From an uncultured Clostridia bacterium (GTDB lineage: Bacteria > Bacillota > Clostridia > UBA1381 > UMGS1253), in the NCBI GenBank assembly GCA_934456295.1, contig CAKSHB010000005.1:106-64105 (forward strand): DNA of 64,000 bases, read 5' to 3'. Under the pieces are notes generated by a model. It was not told the DNA's origin, ran no database searches, and saw only the letters and a list, made by a program, of their open reading frames with translations. Below are positions 47,502 to 56,270 of the stretch, piece after piece. Every line of letters starts with the position of its first letter. Positions within the stretch are counted from its first letter, which is position 1. The translations under genes and the position numbers were made by a program.

Positions 47502-49805
47502 TTGATTAATGAACCTAAATTCAATCTCGTAACTGAGCAATATGACGTATCCTTTCCCGAATATTACAATATGAGCAAAACCTTCGGACATTTCTGCGAT
47601 GACGGACGTTCATACAAGGTTACCGACTGCAAAGCGCCGCGCCCGTGGTTCTCGATTATGTGCAACGAAAAATTTGCCTCCATAAGAGCAACTGACGGCA
47701 AGGGGCTTCTCGCATATAAAAGCTTTTACATGCGGCTCACAAAATATTACAGTGAAACCGACTATATGCTGCGCACACTTAACGGTGACCGCAAAATCAT
47801 TCTGGAGAATTGCTCCACAGGCAAAAAATATGACCTGTTCGGCGGCTGCGAAAATATGACTTTTACAGTGCGCCCCGGCTCATGCGAATACAGCGGAAGC
47901 TTTGATACCTTCTCATACAGCGCACTTATATTTGTGCCTGTGTCCGACCCGATTGAATGTATGCGGTTTTCGCTGAAAGCTCCTCCGAAAAGCAAGTTCA
48001 GGCTTTATACATATCAGGACTATGCATTTATCAACAACCGCGAAAGTATTGAAGAACACGAAAAGGCCGCAAAAAACATCACTGTTGCATATGAGTCTGA
48101 CCGGGTAATTCTTCAGGCAGACAATATTGTCAATTTCGGCACAATATACGGCTTTATGGCGCAAAAAGACATAAAGCCGCACTGTGAAACATATTCGGAC
48201 ACGCTGAAAAGCATTGCTCAGACATACACTTTTTACCGCGCCGCCCCGGAAAAAGAAATCACAATCGGAGAAAACGGCGAATGCGAAGAATATATTTTCA
48301 CCGGCGCCGATACGAATGACTGCCATGAGCTGATTTCAAAGTATATAAACGGCGGCAAAAATGAATTTGACAGTCAATACAGCGCGCTTGAACGGAAATG
48401 GGACGAAATTATTTGCCGTAACTATTGTGAGCTGCCCGACAAAAACATGCAGTATTTTCTTAACATATGGCTCAAAAATCAGGTTCACGTTACGTCGCTC
48501 TACAACCGTTTCAGCATAATGGGCTACAGAGATATTCTCCAGGACAGCTGGGGCGCACTGTATGTTGACCCCTCGCTTACGCGTGAGCACATGCTGCTCG
48601 CCGCATCAAAAATGTATAATGACGGAAGATGTCCGCGTCAGTTTGATAAATACAGCGATATGCTCGACACACGTGATTTTGCCGATTCACCCGTATGGCT
48701 GCCGATTACGCTGTCATATTACATAAAGGAAACAAACGATTTCGGCATACTGGACGAAAAGACAGCATATCTCGGCAGCGATGAAGTCACAACGCTGTCT
48801 GAGCATGTTCTGCGTTCGCTCGATTATATATATACCACGCGTGCCGGAAACGGTCTTGTTCTCATGCGCGGCGGCGACTGGCTCGACGGACTCGGCGGTC
48901 TTAACAAGCTCGGTGAGGCAACTTCGGTATGGCTCACAATGGCGGCATTTTATGCGCAGAACCTTATGGCGGAAATATTTGACCGTACGGGCGAAAAAGA
49001 AAAAGCAGAGCTTATGCGCTCGCGCAGCGCCGAATATAAAAATGCGGTAAACACCGCCGGTTGGAACGGCAAATGGTATTCATACGCCATAATAAACGAT
49101 ACGGAGGTAATCGGTGCGCCCGATAATCCCGAGGGCAAAATCTTCTTAAACCCCCAGACATGGGCTATATTTACCGGAATTGCCGACGAAGAGAGGACAA
49201 AAAAGATAATGCGTGCGGTTGACATATATCTTACCACACAGTACGGCCCCGAGCTTATGGCGCCGCCGTATGTGAGCACAGGTCAAAACTACGGCAGACT
49301 GCAAAAGCAGCGTCCCGGCACATTTGCAAACGGCGCAATATACCTTCATGCCGGCTCATTTAAGGTATTTGCGGACGCAGCGCGCGGTGCGCTTGAAGAG
49401 GCGTATGATACATTTATGCGCCTGCTGCCGAACCACTGTGACAATCCTGCGTCAAGAAGGACAAGTGAGCCGTATGCCGTGGGCAACGTTCATTACGGAA
49501 ACGACCACCAGTGCTCGGGACTTAATCTGTACTCATGGTTCAGCGCTACGCCGTCATGGCTCATTCACGACGGTTTTGAAGCCTTGCTAGGTGTCACACC
49601 CGAATTTGACGGGCTTCGTATACGTCCGCTGAATATTGACGGCTGGAATGAATACAGTCTTACAAGAACCTTCCGCGGCACAAAATACATCATACATTTT
49701 AAGCGTTCGGATAAAAACCGTATCACTGCGGACGGAAAGACAATTGATGGCAATTTAGTTATGAGTGATAAAAAAGAAGTGTATGTCGAAGTTGAATTTT
49801 GCTGA
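47502..49805 (+). CDS. GH94-like (cellobiose/chitobiose-phosphorylase-type) glycoside phosphorylase family protein
   Basis: (alpha/alpha)6-type pattern: GYRDILQDSWG, RGGDWLDGLGG (the region carrying the catalytic Asp in GH94), NPQTWAIFTG, FANGAIYLHA. C-terminal beta-sandwich. Start uncertain (TTG; the next in-frame ATG is at 47571). Confidence 0.6.
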   Translation: MINEPKFNLVTEQYDVSFPEYYNMSKTFGHFCDDGRSYKVTDCKAPRPWFSIMCNEKFASIRATDGKGLLAYKSFYMRLTKYYSETDYMLRTLNGDRKIILENCSTGKKYDLFGGCENMTFTVRPGSCEYSGSFDTFSYSALIFVPVSDPIECMRFSLKAPPKSKFRLYTYQDYAFINNRESIEEHEKAAKNITVAYESDRVILQADNIVNFGTIYGFMAQKDIKPHCETYSDTLKSIAQTYTFYRAAPEKEITIGENGECEEYIFTGADTNDCHELISKYINGGKNEFDSQYSALERKWDEIICRNYCELPDKNMQYFLNIWLKNQVHVTSLYNRFSIMGYRDILQDSWGALYVDPSLTREHMLLAASKMYNDGRCPRQFDKYSDMLDTRDFADSPVWLPITLSYYIKETNDFGILDEKTAYLGSDEVTTLSEHVLRSLDYIYTTRAGNGLVLMRGGDWLDGLGGLNKLGEATSVWLTMAAFYAQNLMAEIFDRTGEKEKAELMRSRSAEYKNAVNTAGWNGKWYSYAIINDTEVIGAPDNPEGKIFLNPQTWAIFTGIADEERTKKIMRAVDIYLTTQYGPELMAPPYVSTGQNYGRLQKQRPGTFANGAIYLHAGSFKVFADAARGALEEAYDTFMRLLPNHCDNPASRRTSEPYAVGNVHYGNDHQCSGLNLYSWFSATPSWLIHDGFEALLGVTPEFDGLRIRPLNIDGWNEYSLTRTFRGTKYIIHFKRSDKNRITADGKTIDGNLVMSDKKEVYVEVEFC

Positions 49806-49827
49806 TACAGTAAACTTTTGAATTAAT

Positions 49828-49860
49828 AAATATCCGCCTGTTATGCAGGCGGATATTTAT
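49828..49860 (+). terminator. Terminator after the GH94-like gene
   Basis: AAATATCCGCCTG-ttatg-CAGGCGGATATTT. Confidence 0.65.
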
Positions 49861-49864
49861 ACGG

Positions 49865-49902
49865 CAAAAAAGCTGCCGCCCGTTCGGGCGGCAGCTTTTT
49901 TA
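49865..49902. terminator. Bidirectional terminator (also ends the V-ATPase operon)
   Basis: AAAAAAGCTGCCGCCCG-ttcg-GGCGGCAGCTTTTTT. Confidence 0.7.
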
Positions 49903-49910
49903 TACTTATA

Positions 49911-50570
49911 TTATGCCTTATGCTTTGATTCTATATTTTCCGCAATCATCATGTCTTTAACCTTCATCAGTCTTGTCTGATTTCCGCGCTCATTTTCATC
50001 AAGCTTCATTGTAATGCTCTTGATAGTATCCTGATAATTTGGTATCATAACATGCTCAAGCGCATTTACGCGGCGGCGAGTCTTTTCGATTTCCTGTGCC
50101 AAAAGCTGCGCGCTTTTTTCCTTCTGCGCAAGCCGCAACATCGGTCCGAGCGCCTCGGAAAGCGAGTCTATCGCCCCGTCAAGCTGTGTAGATGTTGAGG
50201 CAAAGCCATACGGATATATTGATGATGTGTCGGTATTCTGCATTTTAAACTCAAACACAGGCACATCTACGCTCATTACGTTTTTACTCGAAACCTCGAG
50301 GCTCACGCTCTGCGACGGATATATTATCGACACCTCAAGCGACTCAGCGCTCATGAGTGCGCGTGCTATGAGGAAGTTATCGTTTGCCCTCTTTAAAAGC
50401 TGCTCAACCTCTTCACGCAAAACCTTGTTTTCACGCACAATGTCGAGAAATTGTTTCATAAGCTCATCGCGCTTATCTTTCAGCAGCTTATGTCCGCGCA
50501 CAGCGGTCTTAAGCTGGCGTTTAAGCTTTGTGAGCTCCATTCGGGTAGGGTTAACACGCATTACAGCCAT
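49911..50570 (-). CDS. ntpD: V-type ATP synthase subunit D
   Basis: MRVNPTRMEL...LKDKRDELM coiled-coil pattern. Last gene of the operon. Confidence 0.9.
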   Translation of the reverse strand: MAVMRVNPTRMELTKLKRQLKTAVRGHKLLKDKRDELMKQFLDIVRENKVLREEVEQLLKRANDNFLIARALMSAESLEVSIIYPSQSVSLEVSSKNVMSVDVPVFEFKMQNTDTSSIYPYGFASTSTQLDGAIDSLSEALGPMLRLAQKEKSAQLLAQEIEKTRRRVNALEHVMIPNYQDTIKSITMKLDENERGNQTRLMKVKDMMIAENIESKHKA

Positions 50571-50573
50571 GCA

Positions 50574-51956
50574 TTACTCCCCCTTTTTGATATCATAGTA
50601 TTTGTCAAGATATTCGTCCTTGATACGCTTCAGCTCACCGCGCGGCAGCATTCTCAGAAGCTCCCAGCCTATATCAAGCGTCTGCTCAATACTTCTGTCA
50701 GTCGTATATCCCTGCGACACATATTCTCTTTCAAATGCATCGGCAAAAGCCGCATACTTTTTATCTATTTCGGTAAGCGCAGCCTCACCAAGTATTACCA
50801 TAAGCTCTTTTGCCTCTTTGCCTCGTGCATACGCCGCAAAAAGCTGGTTCATGGTATCTGCATGGTCGGCACGCGTTTTCCCGTCGCCTATACCCTTATC
50901 CTTCAGACGTGAAAGTGACGGAAGTACGTCTATCGGAGGTGTGATGTTCTTTCTGTAAAGCTCACGCGACAGAATAATCTGTCCCTCTGTGATATAGCCC
51001 GTAAGGTCGGGGATAGGGTGCGTTTTATCGTCCTCAGGCATCGTAAGTATCGGTATAAGCGTAACCGAACCGTCATGTCCGCGCTTTCTTCCCGCTCTTT
51101 CATACAGTGTTGCAAGGTCTGTATACATGTAGCCGGGATATCCGCGTCTGCCCGGAACTTCTTTTCTTGCCGCAGATACCTCACGGCATGCCTCGGCATA
51201 GTTTGTGATATCCGTTATGATTACAAGTACGTGCATATTCTGCTCATACGCAAGATATTCCGCCGCAGTCAGCGCCATACGCGGCGTTGAAATACGCTCA
51301 ATGGCAGGGTCGTTTGCAAGGTTTACAAACACAACGCTTCTGTCGATAGCGCCCGTCTTTGTGAAGTCTGAGATAAAGAAATCAGCCTCCTCAAACGTTA
51401 TGCCAACAGCCGCAAACACAACCGCAAAGTTCGACTCATCGCCGAGCACCTTCGCCTGTCTTGCAATCTGTGCCGCAAGGTTGGCATGCGGCAGACCCGA
51501 GCCGGAGAAGATCGGAAGTTTCTGTCCGCGGACAAGCGTGTTAAGTCCGTCGATTGCACTCACGCCCGTCTGAATAAATTCGTCGGGGTAGTCACGTGCC
51601 GCCGGATTTATCGGAAGTCCGTTTATATCTATACGCTTTTCGGGAATTATTTCGGGGCCGCCGTCTATCGGGCGTCCCATACCGTCAAATATGCGTCCGA
51701 GCATGTCGGGCGATACGCCAAGCTCAACGCCTCTGCCCAAAAAGCGCACCTTCGACTGTGCAATATTAATTCCGGCAGAGTTTTCAAAAAGCTGCACAAG
51801 TGCGTCTGAACCGTTTATTTCAAGCACACGGCAGCGTCTTATTTCGCCGTTTGCAAGCTCGATTTCACCAAGCTCCTGATAGGTTACACCCTCAACGCCT
51901 TTTACAAGCATCAGCGGTCCCGCAACCTCCTGTATGGTTTTATATTCTTTAGGCAT
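50574..51956 (-). CDS. ntpB: V-type ATP synthase subunit B
   Basis: Non-catalytic B-subunit pattern ([28 protein letters not shown]). Confidence 0.95.
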   Translation of the reverse strand: MPKEYKTIQEVAGPLMLVKGVEGVTYQELGEIELANGEIRRCRVLEINGSDALVQLFENSAGINIAQSKVRFLGRGVELGVSPDMLGRIFDGMGRPIDGGPEIIPEKRIDINGLPINPAARDYPDEFIQTGVSAIDGLNTLVRGQKLPIFSGSGLPHANLAAQIARQAKVLGDESNFAVVFAAVGITFEEADFFISDFTKTGAIDRSVVFVNLANDPAIERISTPRMALTAAEYLAYEQNMHVLVIITDITNYAEACREVSAARKEVPGRRGYPGYMYTDLATLYERAGRKRGHDGSVTLIPILTMPEDDKTHPIPDLTGYITEGQIILSRELYRKNITPPIDVLPSLSRLKDKGIGDGKTRADHADTMNQLFAAYARGKEAKELMVILGEAALTEIDKKYAAFADAFEREYVSQGYTTDRSIEQTLDIGWELLRMLPRGELKRIKDEYLDKYYDIKKGE

Positions 51957-51957
51957 T

Positions 51958-53727
51958 CTACTCCGCCTCCTTCATTGTAAGCGCCTGCATCTCGCTCTCA
52001 ATAAGCTTTTCCGTTTCCTCAAATTCCGCCTTCATTTTATCCTCGGCAACATACTTCATACGTCCTATTCTTTCCTCTATCGGCAGCTGCTCTATTTTAT
52101 CGGCTGTTGCGCCGTTTTCAAGCGCCTTGTTGCCCTTATCGTAAAAATCAAGCATGGTTTTGAGCATCATATGCTGCTTCTGGAGCGATGCATACGTATC
52201 AATTTCATGGAAAGCGTTCTGGTGCAGATAGTCCTCACGCAGCATCTTCGCCGTTTCGAGAGTAAGTCTGTCCCTGTCGGACAATGCATCAACGCCGACA
52301 AGCTTAACTATTTCGTCAAGCTCTGCCTCCTCCTGCAAAATACGCATTGCACTGTGGCGCAGCTCTTTGAAATCGCTTGCCACATGCTCATCAAGCCAAT
52401 CGCTCAGCCTGTCCGTATAAAGAGAATAACTTGTGAGCCAGTTTATCGCAGGGAAATGGCGCTTATATGCAAGTGATGAATCAAGTCCCCAGAACACCTT
52501 TACTATACGCAGTGTTGCCTGCGAAACCGGTTCGGATATATCGCCGCCCGGAGGCGAAACAGCGCCGATTGCTGTCAGTGCGCCCTCGCGCTCCTCGCTG
52601 CCGAGCGCAATTACTCTGCCGGCACGCTCATAGAACTGTGCCAGTCGGCTTGACAGATATGCGGGATATCCCTCCTCACCGGGCATTTCCTCGAGTCTGC
52701 CCGACATCTCACGCAGAGCCTCTGCCCAACGTGACGTTGAATCCGCCATGAGCGCAACACTGTAGCCCATGTCACGGAAATATTCCGCAATCGTGATACC
52801 TGTATAAATGCTCGCCTCACGCGCCGCAACAGGCATATCCGATGTGTTTGCAATAAGAACCGTACGCTTCATGAGCGACTCGCCCGTACGCGGATCCTTC
52901 AGCTCCGGAAATTCCATCAGAACGTCCGTCATCTCATTTCCGCGCTCGCCGCAGCCGATATATATAACTATATCTGCATCTGCCCATTTTGCAAGCTGGT
53001 GCTGCACGACTGTTTTACCGCTTCCGAACGGACCGGGAACCGCCGCAACACCGCCCTTTGCGAGCGGAAACAATGTATCGATTACACGCTGTCCCGTAAC
53101 AAGCGGTTCTGTCGGCGGAAGCTTTTTCTTATACGGTCTTGCCACACGCACAGGCCACTTCTGAAGCATTGTTATGCTGTGTGTTTTGCCGTCTTTGTCA
53201 GTCAGCGTGCAAACTGTATCTTCTACTTTAAACTCGCCCTGCTTTATGTCGGTAATCACTCCCGACATGCCGTAGGGAACCATTATTCTGTGTTCAACAA
53301 CAACAGTTTCCTGAACAGTACCGATGATATCTCCTGATTCAACCGTGTCGCCTTTTTTCTTAACCGGCACAAACTGCCATTTCTTGTCGCGGTCAATCGA
53401 CACAACATCTACTCCGCGCGTAATGTTCGGACCCATAACGCGGTACATTTCCGCAAGCGGACGCTGTATGCCGTCATATATGCGCTCTATAAGTCCCGGT
53501 CCAAGCTCAACGGAAAGCGGCGCTCCCGTCGAAACAACCGGCTCGCCCGGTCCGAGGCCCGATGTTTCCTCATATACCTGTACCGACGCCAGATCGCCGT
53601 GTATTTCTATTATCTCGCCTATCAAATGCTTATCCGATACACGCACAACGTCAAACATGTTTGCATCACGCATGCCCTCAGCAATTACGAGCGGTCCCGA
53701 TACCTTTACAATTCTGCCATTGCTCAT
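51958..53727 (-). CDS. ntpA: V-type ATP synthase catalytic subunit A
   Basis: Walker [36 protein letters not shown] 53727 behind AGGTGAGAG. Confidence 0.95.
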   Translation of the reverse strand: MSNGRIVKVSGPLVIAEGMRDANMFDVVRVSDKHLIGEIIEIHGDLASVQVYEETSGLGPGEPVVSTGAPLSVELGPGLIERIYDGIQRPLAEMYRVMGPNITRGVDVVSIDRDKKWQFVPVKKKGDTVESGDIIGTVQETVVVEHRIMVPYGMSGVITDIKQGEFKVEDTVCTLTDKDGKTHSITMLQKWPVRVARPYKKKLPPTEPLVTGQRVIDTLFPLAKGGVAAVPGPFGSGKTVVQHQLAKWADADIVIYIGCGERGNEMTDVLMEFPELKDPRTGESLMKRTVLIANTSDMPVAAREASIYTGITIAEYFRDMGYSVALMADSTSRWAEALREMSGRLEEMPGEEGYPAYLSSRLAQFYERAGRVIALGSEEREGALTAIGAVSPPGGDISEPVSQATLRIVKVFWGLDSSLAYKRHFPAINWLTSYSLYTDRLSDWLDEHVASDFKELRHSAMRILQEEAELDEIVKLVGVDALSDRDRLTLETAKMLREDYLHQNAFHEIDTYASLQKQHMMLKTMLDFYDKGNKALENGATADKIEQLPIEERIGRMKYVAEDKMKAEFEETEKLIESEMQALTMKEAE

Positions 53728-53758
53728 GTTAACTCTCACCTGCTCTCAAATTTTTAGC

Positions 53759-54079
53759 TTACTTATCGTTAAATAATATGTCTGCTCCGACAGCTCTCTC
53801 CACACTCTTCTTTACTCCTGCCATACCTATACCAAGACTGCCCTGTATGCCGGGAATCAGGATTATCGCCGGAAGCTGTGAGTCTTTATATTCATCAATT
53901 ACGTCCATAACCTGTGCTGCCGCCTGCTCGGTTATATAAACCGCCGCATATCCCTCCGCAGCCATTTTTCTTATCCTGTCCGCAGTTTCTTTTTCGCCGC
54001 TTGTTTCAAACACATCAAGCCCGAGCGCTAGAAAGCCCATGACAGAATCTTTATCACCTATTACACCGATTTTATACAT
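53759..54079 (-). CDS. V-type ATP synthase subunit F
   Basis: MYKIGVIGDKDSVMGFLALG pattern, ~106 aa. Confidence 0.85.
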   Translation of the reverse strand: MYKIGVIGDKDSVMGFLALGLDVFETSGEKETADRIRKMAAEGYAAVYITEQAAAQVMDVIDEYKDSQLPAIILIPGIQGSLGIGMAGVKKSVERAVGADILFNDK

Positions 54080-55061
54080 AGGCTATATTCAGCCTCCTTT
54101 TTATCAGCTCACTGTCCATGCTGTTGGTTTTGCCGACCATAATTATACGAAGCTGTTTTATTTCGTTATCCTTTGCGAAAATGTATGCAATGAGCGGCTC
54201 TGCGCCAAAAATAACGCGTTTTGCGCTTTTCATGTACTCAACAAGCATGTCGCCGCACGCCGTTTCAAACCCCGCCATATCCTTCTCGCCCGATACCGCG
54301 TCAGCTATAAGCTGCGCATATTTTCCCGACGAAAACCTCTGAAGCAGTGTATCCTTCGCCTCACCGACTCCCATGGCAAGCGTATCGGCCGGTATGCTTC
54401 CGCCCTCAAGCATTGCCCTTTTTGCAAAGGCATAGTCTTTTTCCATTCTGCGCAGACGTATCATTGTTTTTATATTAATCAGGTCGATTTTCATGCTTAT
54501 AAGTCCCATGAGGAATTTGTTTCCGCTCAGTGCGGCAAATTTGCTCATTTCCTCAAAGCACGCCCTATCGATAATCATATCAACCAGCTGCGCATTTTTA
54601 TTCTTTGCAAACGATTCAAGCGCTTCATCAATTGCATTTGCAAATATGTCGGATATATCGCCGCCGCGGCGCTCACGCACCGCCTCCTTCAGCTTATCCT
54701 TCGATGTGCGCGAACGTCCGCTGAGAAGATAGTCGAGATTTTTTCCTATAAATTCTGCCTTCAGAAGAACCTTCAGATTATAATAATCGTTCTCTATCAA
54801 AAACACATCAAATATCTCAGGCTCGGGCGCCATTGAATACACAAGGCTGTATGCCTCATCAAGCGCCTGTTCAAAGGAAATCTCGTAGTCCTCCTCCGCT
54901 TTATATCCCGCGTCATAAATCATGCGCAATGCGTCCGCGGCGGTTTTTGCCTCGGCAATCTGCATGATTTTGCCGCTGTCAAGCAAGCTTCGCTCAACCG
55001 CATGGATACGGCTCACGGAATAAGCGTAATCTGTATCTTTAATTTTGCTCACCTGCGCCAC
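54072..55061 (-). CDS. ntpC: V-type ATP synthase subunit C
   Basis: Size, position and helical-repeat pattern (DYAYSVSRIHAVE...). Confidence 0.8.
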   Translation of the reverse strand: MAQVSKIKDTDYAYSVSRIHAVERSLLDSGKIMQIAEAKTAADALRMIYDAGYKAEEDYEISFEQALDEAYSLVYSMAPEPEIFDVFLIENDYYNLKVLLKAEFIGKNLDYLLSGRSRTSKDKLKEAVRERRGGDISDIFANAIDEALESFAKNKNAQLVDMIIDRACFEEMSKFAALSGNKFLMGLISMKIDLINIKTMIRLRRMEKDYAFAKRAMLEGGSIPADTLAMGVGEAKDTLLQRFSSGKYAQLIADAVSGEKDMAGFETACGDMLVEYMKSAKRVIFGAEPLIAYIFAKDNEIKQLRIIMVGKTNSMDSELIKRRLNIAYV

Positions 55062-55065
55062 ATCC

Positions 55066-55713
55066 TTAAAACAATATTTTTATGATTTCTGCCGAAAGAG
55101 AGTCCTTCTGCTGTCTGAGCAAAGCGTCAAATGTCGCATTTATCTCTATGTCGCCGCGCTTCAGTATAAAGCCCGACCCTATTTCTCTCTTTTCCTCCGA
55201 CTCCGTCACCTTGCACGGTTTGTCCTTTGATACCGCTTTATTTACGCCGTCCAGAAAATCCTCTCCGAGGCGCTTTTTGTCGTCTTTGTTTATTATAACG
55301 GTTTCATTTCCGGTTTCAATCATACCCGTCATGAGCTTTGTCATAAATGCCTTAAAATCTGCATCGCTCATCGCGCGTATCTTTTCAAGCGCCGTATCAA
55401 ATGCCTCCGAAAGCAGCTTCTGCTTCGTTTCGAGCAGCAGCTTTTTTGCCTCCATGTGCGCAGATGCGATAATCCTCTTTTTCGCAAGCTCCGCCTCTGC
55501 ACCGGCACGCTTCATACACTCGCTCTTCATTGCCTCAACAGTCTTGTCCGACTGTAAGCAAACCGATTTTGCCTCGCTTTCCGCCGCACTGATTATCTTA
55601 TCTGCACGGCTCTTTGCGTCCGACAAAATCTTATCGGTAATTTTTTCAGCTCCCACATTTCTCACTCCTGTCATCTTTGATAGTAACGAAAGCTGTGCCT
55701 CCGCCGTGCTCAT
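55066..55713 (-). CDS. ntpE: V-type ATP synthase subunit E
   Basis: Long Ala/Glu/Lys-rich coiled coil followed by a globular C-terminus. The ATG overlaps the K stop (TAATG). Confidence 0.8.
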   Translation of the reverse strand: MSTAEAQLSLLSKMTGVRNVGAEKITDKILSDAKSRADKIISAAESEAKSVCLQSDKTVEAMKSECMKRAGAEAELAKKRIIASAHMEAKKLLLETKQKLLSEAFDTALEKIRAMSDADFKAFMTKLMTGMIETGNETVIINKDDKKRLGEDFLDGVNKAVSKDKPCKVTESEEKREIGSGFILKRGDIEINATFDALLRQQKDSLSAEIIKILF

Positions 55714-56213
55714 TAAAGAGCAATACCGTTTACCATAAGAATAGATGTGAGAAGTGCAAGTACGGCATATGTTTCAACCATTGCCGCAAGTACGATGCCT
55801 TTTGCAAGTTCTTCGGGGCGCTTTGTGATGATGTTTACGCCGGCTGCTGCAACTTTGCCCTGATATACAGCCGAAATAAGTCCTACTATTGCAATCGGCA
55901 GGCATGCTGTGAGAATTGAAAATCCCTGAACTGTTGTAAGGTTTGCAAATGTTGAGGGGTCACCGCCCAAAAGTCCGATTTTTACCATTACGATAAACGC
56001 AACAAGCAGACCATAGATACCCTGTGTACCCGGAAGTGCCTGGAGAAGAAGTACCTGACCAAAACGATCCGGCTCCTCCGTGAGAAGTCCCGCACCTGCT
56101 TCACCAACAATGTTAACTCCCTTTGCCGAGCCTATCCCGCCAAGTATAACAGCCAAAGCTCCGCCCAGTATTGCCAGAAATCCTCCGTTAAAAAATACAT
56201 CGTACCACATCAT
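55713..56213 (-). CDS. ntpK: V-type ATP synthase proteolipid subunit K (duplicated c-type hairpin)
   Basis: Four TM helices with GIGSAKG, LPGTQGIYG, YQGKVAAAG and MVETYA motifs. Confidence 0.9.
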   Translation of the reverse strand: MMWYDVFFNGGFLAILGGALAVILGGIGSAKGVNIVGEAGAGLLTEEPDRFGQVLLLQALPGTQGIYGLLVAFIVMVKIGLLGGDPSTFANLTTVQGFSILTACLPIAIVGLISAVYQGKVAAAGVNIITKRPEELAKGIVLAAMVETYAVLALLTSILMVNGIAL

Positions 56214-56270
56214 AATTTTTGTCCTCCTTAAATATAATTTTTATTTTTATATTTTTGTTTTTATAAAATT

